Below, piece after piece: positions 27,475 to 36,129 of a stretch of DNA of 56,511 bases; position 1 is the first letter of the stretch, and every line of letters starts with the position of its first letter. Under the pieces are notes generated by a model. That model ran no database searches, was not told the DNA's origin, and worked only from the letters and a program-made list of their open reading frames with translations. The translations under genes and the position numbers were made by a program. Source of the DNA: Actinomycetota bacterium (GTDB taxonomy: Bacteria; Actinomycetota; Humimicrobiia; Humimicrobiales; Humimicrobiaceae); assembly GCA_023487035.1 (NCBI GenBank), contig JAMDEN010000098.1, forward strand, positions 1-56,511. Direction: 5' to 3'.

Positions 27475-27804
27475 TTAGTAAAAAATAACAGTAGATTAAT
27501 TATAAATTATTAATAATCAATTTAAAAAAGTATCTGAAAACATATCTGAAAGCATATTGATTTCATAATTAAACTATATTATCGTACTTATGGTGATTAA
27601 GTATGAAATTATTAAATTACATTAGCAATGTAACATAATATTAGGATTGGGTAAAGAGGTTGAGTGTTTTATTGAAAAAAATGTTAACTGGAAGCAACCT
27701 TGATAAAGTTTCACTGATCAAAGATCAGAGTTGCTGACGGGTGGACAATCGGGAATCAGACAATTCTCTGGTTTAATTATTATATAATGATATATAATGA
27801 AGTG

Positions 27805-28938
27805 CTATAAAATATTGGGTAAATTTTTTAATGCATATTCCATCGGAATTATATCAATAGCATCTTCAGACATTTGTCTTTCCCCGCCATATATAAAATA
27901 AGCCTTTGCAGTCGGATAATCTTTGAGGAAAGCTTTTAAACCCCGGAATTCAGATGATGGAATCCTGCTTCGCCTTTTAATCTCGAATGCTTTCAGGCCG
28001 CGGTTTCCATATAAGACAAAATCAACTTCCAAATTACTGATCGTTCGCCAATAATAAATTTTATATCCAAAACCATAATAATCATTAACGGCTTTTAATT
28101 CCTGGAAAAAAAGGCTTTCATAAGAAATTCCTTCTACTTCCTCAGGAGCATCCAGAGGTCCCATTGGTCTTAAAGTCCTGTAAATACCTACATCGAAAAA
28201 GTAAAATTTAGGATGAGCAAGCAGTCTTCTTTTTGCACGTTTTGAAAATATTGGTATTCTGTCAGCTAAAAGCAGGTCTTCCAGGATTGTAAAATAACTT
28301 TCAACAACCTTTCGTTCTACTGCACATTCTCTTGCTACTTCGGATATATTTAAAACTGAACCCTGGGAAAAACTGGCTGCTTCCAGAAATCTCGAAAAGC
28401 TACTTAGATTTCTAGTCAGGCTTTCCTGTAATATTTCTTCCACTAGATAAGCTTTTATATAGCTTTCAAGATAATCTTTTGGGTTTGATTCAACATATAC
28501 CGAGGGAAGATTACCAAAAATTAATGAATGGTTTAAGTTAAAATCCTTGCCAAGCTCTATTGCTGTTAACGGATGCATTGAGTAGTAAAGTGCCCTGCCC
28601 GCTAACAGGTTTGGGCCCTTTCTTCTTAGTTTTCTTGCACTGGAACCGGTTAAAATGAACTTATATTTATATTTTTCTATAAGCCTGTGAACTTCATTTA
28701 AAAGCTCAGGGATTTTCTGCACTTCATCAATTATTATCCAGTTATTGAAATTATTTGGTATTAAGTTTTCAAGCCTCTGCGGATCTGCAAGCAGATCATT
28801 ATAAAGACGGGATTCAAGCAAATCGATGTAAACTGCATCTGGAAAGGCTTGCTTGACCCATGTTGTTTTACCTGTTCCTCGAGGACCAAAGAGAAAAAAG
28901 CTTTTATTTTCAGGTTCTTTTACTAATCTGGAATACAT
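27805..28938 (-). CDS. AAA-type ATPase with a DUF4143-like C-terminal domain (second, divergent copy)
   Basis: Walker A GPRGTGKTT, Walker B-like WIIIDEVQ and a C-terminal SNLEVDFVLYG ... AFEIK. 377 aa. It is visibly more GC-rich than its neighbours. Confidence 0.8.
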   Translation of the reverse strand: MYSRLVKEPENKSFFLFGPRGTGKTTWVKQAFPDAVYIDLLESRLYNDLLADPQRLENLIPNNFNNWIIIDEVQKIPELLNEVHRLIEKYKYKFILTGSSARKLRRKGPNLLAGRALYYSMHPLTAIELGKDFNLNHSLIFGNLPSVYVESNPKDYLESYIKAYLVEEILQESLTRNLSSFSRFLEAASFSQGSVLNISEVARECAVERKVVESYFTILEDLLLADRIPIFSKRAKRRLLAHPKFYFFDVGIYRTLRPMGPLDAPEEVEGISYESLFFQELKAVNDYYGFGYKIYYWRTISNLEVDFVLYGNRGLKAFEIKRRSRIPSSEFRGLKAFLKDYPTAKAYFIYGGERQMSEDAIDIIPMEYALKNLPNIL

Positions 28939-28959
28939 AACTCCATTTTACATAGATAT

Positions 28960-28978
28960 TTGGAATTGTCAATTCCAA
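28960..28978. promoter_or_regulatory. Perfect 19-nt palindrome upstream of ATPase gene 2
   Basis: TTGGAATTG-T-CAATTCCAA lies 22-40 nt upstream of the start codon at 28938 (minus strand). Confidence 0.45.
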
Positions 28979-29110
28979 TTCTTGTTTTTTTCAATATAAG
29001 TTTAAAGTATGGCCTAAGTCTTTCAGGAGTTATTTGTTTATTTTCTGTAATTAACTTATTATACCATTCTAAAAAAGAAAGCCCCTGCTTTATTAATGGA
29101 AATGAATTAT

Positions 29111-29304
29111 AATTACTAAGGGAAAAAACTGAACTTAAAAGTATTAAAAAATTTTTCAATTGAGTTGTTATTATATTGACGATAAAAATAAAACAGTTAT
29201 TATTTTAGAAAATAAGTATTGCAAAGAAGATACTTATAGCAACTACTAAAATTATAGTTCAACTTGGAGGTATATTGGAAGACAGAGAATTTAAAACAAT
29301 ACTT
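29111..29304 (+). repeat. 195-bp direct repeat, copy 2 (upstream of ugd)
   Basis: See copy 1. This copy retains GGAGG plus TTG (29275) and codons LEDREFKTIL, then diverges into a stop at 29317..29319. That leaves a 14-codon upstream ORF 30 nt before the ugd ATG. Confidence 0.9.
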
Positions 29305-29348
29305 AATATTTTAAAATAAATAAAATTTTACAGAAGGAAAATTTAAAA

Positions 29349-30713
29349 ATGAAAGTTTGTATTATCGGGGTAGGTTATGTTGGTTTAGTAACAGGTGTAT
29401 GTCTGGCTGAAATTGGTCATAATGTAATTTGTGTTGATAATGTTGAAGCAAAAATAGAAAAGCTAAAAAAGGCAGTAAGTCCAATTTATGAGCCCGGACT
29501 CGAAGGTTTTATTGAAAAAAATTTAAAAGCACAAAGATTAAAATTTACTACCGATATTAAATATGGAGTACAAAATAGTGAAATTATATTTATTTCAGTC
29601 GGGACTCCCTCTCTTTCAAACGGGCAGGCAGATTTAAGTTATGTAGAAGCCGTGGCAGCAGAAGTTGGTAAGTACATAAATGGCGAAAAAATAATAGTTA
29701 ATAAAAGCACTGTTCCTATAGGTTCAGGTGACTGGGTTTCAATGATTGTTTCTGAAAGCATCCAAAAAAACAACCCTGATAAAAATGTAAAATTCAGTGT
29801 GGTTTCAAATCCCGAGTTTTTAAGAGAAGGAAGTGCAATTGGAGATACTTTTTTCCCTGACAGAATAGTCATAGGTTCATCATCTAAAAGTGCAATTGAT
29901 AAAATGCTTGAACTTTACAGTCCTCTTATTGAACAAAGTTTTGACTGGCACTCAATTGATATACCAAGGCTACTTCCGAAAGGGCAGAAAGTGCCTGTTG
30001 TAGTTTCTGATTTAACCAGTGCAGAAATGATTAAATATGCTGCAAATTCATTTCTTGCAACTAAAATTTCTTATATAAATGAGATTGCAAATATCTGTGA
30101 AAAAGTAGGGGCAGATATTTTAAAAGTAGCTGAAGGTATGGGACTTGACAGCCGTATAGGTCCAAAGTTTTTAAGTGCTGGCATTGGTTGGGGAGGCTCC
30201 TGTTTCCCGAAAGATGTTTCTGCTCTGGCCTACATTGCAAATGAGTATGGAATGACCCCTCAGATTTTAAATTCTATAATTAATGTAAACAGAGAACAAA
30301 GGCTTAAAATAGTTAAAAAAGTTCAGGATGAACTTAAAATAGTTAAAGGTAAGACAATTTCAGTTCTTGGTATTGCTTTTAAACCAAATACTGATGATAC
30401 TCGCGAAGCTCCATCAATTTCCATTATGAATAGCCTTATTAATTTAGGTGCAAGGATAAAAGCTTATGACCCGGTAGTTAAGGAAAAACCTCAAACTTTA
30501 AGTGAAAAAGTTATTTTAAGTCAAGATGTATATGATTCTATAAAAGGTGCAGATCTTTTAATACTTACAACAGAATGGGATGAATTTAAAAATCTGGATT
30601 TTTCTAAAATTAAAAGCATAATGAATAATAATATTATTATTGATGGTAGAAATCTTTTTGACAGAGAGAAACTTTTAAAACTTGGTTTTAAATATATTGG
30701 TATTGGAAGATAA
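29349..30713 (+). CDS. ugd: UDP-glucose 6-dehydrogenase
   Basis: MKVCIIGVGYVGLVTGVCLAEIGHNVICVD, catalytic GGSCFPKD and FKPNTDDTREAP. 454 aa. Confidence 0.92.
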   Translation: MKVCIIGVGYVGLVTGVCLAEIGHNVICVDNVEAKIEKLKKAVSPIYEPGLEGFIEKNLKAQRLKFTTDIKYGVQNSEIIFISVGTPSLSNGQADLSYVEAVAAEVGKYINGEKIIVNKSTVPIGSGDWVSMIVSESIQKNNPDKNVKFSVVSNPEFLREGSAIGDTFFPDRIVIGSSSKSAIDKMLELYSPLIEQSFDWHSIDIPRLLPKGQKVPVVVSDLTSAEMIKYAANSFLATKISYINEIANICEKVGADILKVAEGMGLDSRIGPKFLSAGIGWGGSCFPKDVSALAYIANEYGMTPQILNSIINVNREQRLKIVKKVQDELKIVKGKTISVLGIAFKPNTDDTREAPSISIMNSLINLGARIKAYDPVVKEKPQTLSEKVILSQDVYDSIKGADLLILTTEWDEFKNLDFSKIKSIMNNNIIIDGRNLFDREKLLKLGFKYIGIGR

Positions 30714-30746
30714 TTGAATTTTGTGGATTAGAAAGATACTTTAAAT

Positions 30747-30944
30747 TTGAAAATTCGTGAGATAATAAAGATAATAAAAGAAGACGGCTGGTATTTGGTT
30801 ACTCAGAATGGCAGTCATAAACAGTTTAAACATCCTGTAAAACCTGGAAGGGTAACGATAGCTGGTAATCCTGGAGATTATATAGCACCAGGAACTCTAA
30901 ATAGTATCTTAAAGCAAGCCGGATTAAAAAAGGAGGGAGAGTAA
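30747..30944 (+). CDS. hicA: HicA-family toxin
   Basis: 65 aa. IKEDGWYLVTQNGSHKQFKHPVKPGRVTIAG is the typical HicA dsRBD-like motif with the catalytic His. TTG start. Confidence 0.85.
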   Translation: MKIREIIKIIKEDGWYLVTQNGSHKQFKHPVKPGRVTIAGNPGDYIAPGTLNSILKQAGLKKEGE

Positions 30945-30945
30945 A

Positions 30946-31152
30946 TTGAAATATTTGATTGTTATTGAAAAAGCTAACGACAATTATTCTGCATACTTGC
31001 CTGATATTTCAGGATGTATTGCGACGGGAAAAACTATTGAAGATACTAAAAAGAATATCGCAGAGGCATTATCTATGCATTTGAGAGGGATGGAAGAGGA
31101 TGGATTGCCGTCACCCGGACCTAAAGCAAAAGCAGATTACATTAAAATATAA
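30946..31152 (+). CDS. hicB: HicB-family antitoxin (short form)
   Basis: 68 aa. [40 protein letters not shown] is a typical HicB N-terminal fold. TTG start after GGAGGGA. Confidence 0.85.
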   Translation: MKYLIVIEKANDNYSAYLPDISGCIATGKTIEDTKKNIAEALSMHLRGMEEDGLPSPGPKAKADYIKI

Positions 31153-31166
31153 TTAAAGGGTTAAAA

Positions 31167-32099
31167 ATGATGAACTCAAAAAAAATAGTCTTAGTAACTG
31201 GTGGAGCAGGTTTTATTGGCAGCCATATATGTGATTATCTTCTTGAGAGAGATTTTAAAGTAATTTGTATGGATAACCTTATAACTGGCTCACTTAGAAA
31301 TATTGAACATATTAAAACAGGTGATTTTGAATTTATAAATCATAATATTACCGAAGAAATAACTGTAAATTGCAATATTGATTATGTCTTTCATTTTGCA
31401 TCCCCAGCAAGCCCCATAGATTATCTGCAGCTTCCAATTCAAACATTAAAGGTTGGTGCTCTTGGAACTCATAATGTTTTAGGTCTTACAAAAGCAAAAA
31501 GAGCTAAAATGATACTTGCTTCAACATCTGAAGTTTATGGAGATCCAAAGGTGCATCCTCAAACTGAAGAATATTGGGGTAATGTTAATCCCGTTGGTCC
31601 ACGTGGCGTATATGATGAAGCAAAAAGATTTGCAGAAGCCATAACGATGGCATATTACAGACAGCAGGGTGTAGACACTCATATAGTCCGTATATTTAAT
31701 ACCTACGGTCCACGTATGAGAAAAAATGATGGTAGGGCAATCCCTGCATTTATAAGTCAGGCTCTCGAAAATAAAGATATAACTGTATTTGGCAGCGGAA
31801 AACAAACAAGAAGTTTTTGTTATGTTTCAGATTTAATTGAAGGCATTTTCAGACTTATTAATTCTAATTATCATTACCCGGTAAATATCGGAAATCCTGA
31901 TGAAATGACAATACTCGAGCTGGCAGAAAAAATAAAAAATTTCTGTAACAGCAAAAGTAATATTGTATACCATGATCTTCCAATAGATGATCCTTTGGTC
32001 CGTCGTCCTGATATAACTAAAGCGAAAACAATATTAAATTGGGAACCAAAGATTAATTTTAATGAAGGGATTAAAAAAACGATCGAATGGTTTAAATAA
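31167..32099 (+). CDS. uxs: UDP-glucuronate decarboxylase (UDP-xylose synthase)-like SDR
   Basis: [55 protein letters not shown] and [10 protein letters not shown] are characteristic of the UXS/ArnA-decarboxylase group. Confidence 0.85.
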   Translation: MMNSKKIVLVTGGAGFIGSHICDYLLERDFKVICMDNLITGSLRNIEHIKTGDFEFINHNITEEITVNCNIDYVFHFASPASPIDYLQLPIQTLKVGALGTHNVLGLTKAKRAKMILASTSEVYGDPKVHPQTEEYWGNVNPVGPRGVYDEAKRFAEAITMAYYRQQGVDTHIVRIFNTYGPRMRKNDGRAIPAFISQALENKDITVFGSGKQTRSFCYVSDLIEGIFRLINSNYHYPVNIGNPDEMTILELAEKIKNFCNSKSNIVYHDLPIDDPLVRRPDITKAKTILNWEPKINFNEGIKKTIEWFK

Positions 32100-32159
32100 G
32101 TCTATAAATAAAAGTTTAAATTTTTAAAAATTTTTAATGATAATATTTTGTGTAATGTT

Positions 32160-32187
32160 ATGTCATCTATTGTGACATCATTTTTTT
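32160..32187 (+). terminator. Weak candidate intrinsic terminator after uxs
   Basis: 6-bp stem ATGTCA/TGACAT (32160..32165 and 32173..32178) followed by a run of seven T (32181..32187). The stem is short and AT-rich. Confidence 0.3.
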
Positions 32188-32289
32188 AAATTTTAAATTT
32201 AGCTTTAAATAAAACAATTACTTTCTTTAGCTAAAATATTTATTAATGAAGGTAATAAGAATATTCTTTTTTATTAAAAAGCCAAAATT

Positions 32290-33051
32290 ATGGTAAATAT
32301 TATCTTGGGAACTGCTGAAACTAAAAAAAAATTATCAATAATTATCCCCTGTTATAATGAGTATAAAACAATAGAATCAATTGTTAATAAGGTATTATCT
32401 GTTAATCTCGATAATGTCGAAAAGGAAATTATTATAATTGATGATGGTTCGCAAGACCAGACAATTCAAATTTTAAAGGAAAAAATTGCTCCGAAAGTCT
32501 CTAAAATTATATATAAAACACAGAATGAAGGTAAGGGTGCTGCAATAAGGACTGGAATAGAAAACTGTACAGGAGATTATGTAATTTTTCAGGATGCAGA
32601 CCTTGAATATGACCCTAATGAATATCCAAGACTCTTAAAACCAATACTTGATGGTTTTGCTGATGTTGTTTATGGGACAAGATTTGCTGGAGGTCAACCA
32701 CATAGGGTATTATTTTACTGGCATTCAAAGGGAAACCAGTTTCTAACAAATTTTTCTAATATGTTTACTGATTTAAATCTTACTGATATGGAAACATGCT
32801 ATAAATTATTTAAAAGAGAAATAATTAACAAAATAAAAATAGAGGAAAATAGATTTGGGATAGAACCTGAAATTACTGTTAAAGTAGCTCGATTAAAATG
32901 TAGAATTTATGAAGTAGGCATATCTTATTATGGTCGTACTTATGAAGAAGGGAAAAAGATTAACTGGAAAGACGGATTAAGAGCATTATATATAATTTTA
33001 AAATATGGTATATTTAAAAGATATATTAAAAACAAAAGAATTAATTTTTAA
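32290..33051 (+). CDS. Glycosyltransferase family 2
   Basis: LSIIIPCYNEYKTI, IIIDDGSQD and FQDADLEYDP (DxD). Confidence 0.85.
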   Translation: MVNIILGTAETKKKLSIIIPCYNEYKTIESIVNKVLSVNLDNVEKEIIIIDDGSQDQTIQILKEKIAPKVSKIIYKTQNEGKGAAIRTGIENCTGDYVIFQDADLEYDPNEYPRLLKPILDGFADVVYGTRFAGGQPHRVLFYWHSKGNQFLTNFSNMFTDLNLTDMETCYKLFKREIINKIKIEENRFGIEPEITVKVARLKCRIYEVGISYYGRTYEEGKKINWKDGLRALYIILKYGIFKRYIKNKRINF

Positions 33052-33056
33052 ATATA

Positions 33057-33932
33057 TTAATTTTGTCCTAAAACATACCACTGGTCTTTTCCAAAAAGAA
33101 TTTCTTTAAAAAGCAAATAAACAAAAAACCGATAAATTAATTTAATCGGGTTTTTTGAACCCCAATCAAAATTTTTAATAATATCAATAATAGTTGGACG
33201 GCCCCAAGTACTATGTTTTTTCTTTAATTTCCATCCGGATTTCTCAAGCATTATGTTAACTGATTTTTTTGAAAAATAATGAAGATGCCCAATTGGCATA
33301 ACCATTCTCCATTTTTCTTTCATTTTCTTTGCTGTCAAACAATCTTTATTTGGGAAACCACAGCTTAAAATAGCATTTTCATTTGCAAGTTTTTTTATTA
33401 TTGAAAGCATATCGGTTGGATTTTCTAAATGTTCAAGAACATCCTGGATTAATATAATATCAAATTTTAAGTTTTCAGGAATTAAAGATATGTCTTCAAC
33501 AATATTAGGGTTTTCAGGTTTATAACTACATGGATCAACTCCATAGCTTAACTTAGTATTTTTTTCAAAATAATTAAAATAATAACCTGGACCAACTCCA
33601 ATTTCCAGAAAATTCAATTCTGAAAGATTAGGTTTGTATTTAATAAATCTGGATACATATTTCTTAATTTCAGTATCTTCTGGTTTTTCTCTTCCCTTAT
33701 AACCTCTTGATACTACAAACTCTGACCCAACTTTATAAAGATTATTTAAATATTTTTGATTAGGTAATGGTGAAATAAACCAATGTTTACAATTATTGCA
33801 TTCTATAAGACTTACTATTTCTTTTGAATTAATATTTATTGTATTTTTTTCACCAATTTTTTTTATATTTTTACTATTGCAAATTGGGCAATAATTTAAA
33901 TAATCTAATTCATTTTTATCAAGATATTCCAT
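33057..33932 (-). CDS. Class I SAM-dependent methyltransferase with an N-terminal Cys4 zinc ribbon
   Basis: CPICNS ... CNNCKH, then the SAM motif LEIGVGPGYY and ILIQDVLEHLENP. Confidence 0.75.
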   Translation of the reverse strand: MEYLDKNELDYLNYCPICNSKNIKKIGEKNTININSKEIVSLIECNNCKHWFISPLPNQKYLNNLYKVGSEFVVSRGYKGREKPEDTEIKKYVSRFIKYKPNLSELNFLEIGVGPGYYFNYFEKNTKLSYGVDPCSYKPENPNIVEDISLIPENLKFDIILIQDVLEHLENPTDMLSIIKKLANENAILSCGFPNKDCLTAKKMKEKWRMVMPIGHLHYFSKKSVNIMLEKSGWKLKKKHSTWGRPTIIDIIKNFDWGSKNPIKLIYRFFVYLLFKEILFGKDQWYVLGQN

Positions 33933-34127
33933 TTTAAATATTATATTCCTTCTTTAACTGCTTGTTTTACTTTTGGAATTTTATATTATTATTTATGAAA
34001 TTATTTTATTTCCAGTATAATACATAATAATTAATGTTTTATTATGTTGATTTTTGGAATTTAATAAATTATATTCTATTTTAAAATTTTAGTAATAAAA
34101 AAAATAGTTTTTTTAAGATGATTTTTT

Positions 34128-34982
34128 ATGCATCTATCTTCATATGAAAAAATGAAAGCATTTATTGATACTTATTTAATTAAGTATATAAATGAACCTT
34201 TAAAAATTTTAGAAGTTGGAAGTAGAGTAATTCCTCCTCAAATTTCTCAAAGAAATTTATTTGAAAATAATAATTGGATTTACAAAGGTTTAGATATCGA
34301 GCCTGGCGAAAATGTTGATATAGTTCCTTCAAATTCATATGATTGGGTGGAAATAGAAGATAATAGTTTTGATGTAGTAATATCAAGCCAAACTTTTGAA
34401 CACATACCTTATTTCTGGATTACCGCTTTCGAAATTGGTAGAATATTAAAAGATGGAGGTCTTGTTATAATAATCGCACCTTCTTCTGGAACTGAACATA
34501 GATTTCCATTTGATGCATTCAGGTATTTTCCAGATGGTTTTATAAAGTTATCTGAATACATGGGGTTTAAAACAATAGAAACATATTGGCAATATGAGGA
34601 TCTTCTTTATGAAGATGGTTCTGATTATAACAGAGATTGTTGCATAATAATGCAAAAACCTTTTTTTACTGAAGAGGAAAGAAAAAATTTTCTTATAAAA
34701 AATAAAATAAATAAATTGTTGCTTAAAAATGATTTAGATGTTTTTAAGAGCCTTGATCTAGATTTTAATAGAAATAAAGCTGATAAAAGTATTATTAAAG
34801 ATGAAAGTAACAAAGATTGTTTTATAAATCTTCATAAAAAAAGAAAAGAAAAGTTTAGTAAAACTTTTTTAAAGATAAAAAAAATAAAAGCAAGTATTCC
34901 TATAGTCATAGATGCATTTTTAGGTATAAAATTATCAAATTTTATATTTAAAATTTATCCCAAAATGGCAAAATGGAAATAA
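34128..34982 (+). CDS. Class I SAM-dependent methyltransferase with a K-rich C-terminal tail
   Basis: ILEVGS, FDVVISSQTFEHIPYFW and LKDGGLVIIIAP (Methyltransf_11-like). Confidence 0.7.
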   Translation: MHLSSYEKMKAFIDTYLIKYINEPLKILEVGSRVIPPQISQRNLFENNNWIYKGLDIEPGENVDIVPSNSYDWVEIEDNSFDVVISSQTFEHIPYFWITAFEIGRILKDGGLVIIIAPSSGTEHRFPFDAFRYFPDGFIKLSEYMGFKTIETYWQYEDLLYEDGSDYNRDCCIIMQKPFFTEEERKNFLIKNKINKLLLKNDLDVFKSLDLDFNRNKADKSIIKDESNKDCFINLHKKRKEKFSKTFLKIKKIKASIPIVIDAFLGIKLSNFIFKIYPKMAKWK

Positions 34983-35119
34983 AATTTATTGTTTATATAT
35001 TTTACTTGTATAAAAAACTGTTTTTTAAAGTTTTTAAGGTTAATTTATGTTATTATTTATTATTATTTTATTTTTATTAATCTAAGATATTATTATATAA
35101 AACTAAAAGGTAATCAAAA

Positions 35120-36064
35120 ATGACTGAAAACTATAAGTCAGATGAATATCCTGCAGATTTAAGAGATGTTTTTAGAATTTTAGTTAAGAGAAAAATTGCA
35201 TTTTTTATAAGCTTTGTAATTATTTTAATTATATCTTTAACTTATACTTTTTTACTGGGTCCTAATTATTTGTCAGTGTCAAGATTAAAAATAAATAATC
35301 TGGATACTGCTTATAATAATATTTTAAATAAATTTTTTCCTGAAGAATCTGGTTCATTGTTAATTTTCCCAACTGATAGAATTGATGAGTTGGAAGTCAG
35401 TAAATTAAACTTACTTTTAAATCAAATTAAATATGGTGATATTTTGGATAAAGTTTCAGAAATTTCTGGTAAAAAATATTTAAAAAAAGACTTAATAAAA
35501 TCTATGGATTTAAGAATAAATACTGATGAAAGAGTTTTAGTCATAAATATATATAGCAAGAATGCAAAAAACGCTTTTGAAATAAATAAATTGATTGTAG
35601 ATAATTATCTAAGTAAAATAAATTCAAACTTTGAAAAGTCATATAATGAACTTCTAACTAAAATAAATAATTTAATAATTGAAAAGAACAAAGTCCTTGA
35701 TGAACTAAATATTGAGGCAGAAAAATATGTCACAGATTATAACTTGAAATTTATAGAAAAGCTTAAAAAATCAGATTCTGGTAATTTTAATTTTACAGGA
35801 ATTAATTATATACCGCCGACTCTTGCTAAAAATATAAATGATATTTTTGGTGATATAAATGATTTGTCTAGTGCAAAAAATATTTTAGTGCAAAATAAAG
35901 ATTTATTTGTAAAAAGAATAATAGCTGTAGAATATCCTAAGCTTAATGATGTTATTGATTATTCAAATTATATTAGAAATATTATCTTAAGTATTGTAGT
36001 TTCGTTAATATTTGCAGCTATTATTTCTTTTACAATAAACTATTTTAAAACACCTGAAAAATAA
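35120..36064 (+). CDS. Wzz-like polysaccharide chain-length determinant (PCP) protein
   Basis: N-terminal DLRDVFRILVKRKIAFFISFVIILIISLTYTFL (Wzz motif plus TM1), a coiled periplasmic segment and a C-terminal TM ILSIVVSLIFAAIISFTINYF. Confidence 0.7.
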   Translation: MTENYKSDEYPADLRDVFRILVKRKIAFFISFVIILIISLTYTFLLGPNYLSVSRLKINNLDTAYNNILNKFFPEESGSLLIFPTDRIDELEVSKLNLLLNQIKYGDILDKVSEISGKKYLKKDLIKSMDLRINTDERVLVINIYSKNAKNAFEINKLIVDNYLSKINSNFEKSYNELLTKINNLIIEKNKVLDELNIEAEKYVTDYNLKFIEKLKKSDSGNFNFTGINYIPPTLAKNINDIFGDINDLSSAKNILVQNKDLFVKRIIAVEYPKLNDVIDYSNYIRNIILSIVVSLIFAAIISFTINYFKTPEK

Positions 36065-36129
36065 TATTAAAAATTTTACTAAAAATTCATTTTTTATTAA
36101 TTTAATTTTGTCATAGTTAATTAATATAT

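Noticed and set aside
27601-27780. Small ORFs in the rfbB/ATPase spacer (MKLLNYISNVT, MLTGSNLDKVSLIKDQSC).
   Set aside because: They are too short, have no RBS and show no recognisable motif. The region is reported instead as an unexplained noncoding patch.
28923-29159. 78-aa minus-strand ORF immediately upstream of ATPase 2 and overlapping it (…QGLSFLEWYNKLITENKQITPERLRPYFKL…).
   Set aside because: The middle part looks protein-like, but the only usable start lies inside copy 2 of the 195-bp repeat, which is the rfbB promoter read backwards. I recognised no family. It may be a decayed gene fragment, and I cannot support it as a CDS.
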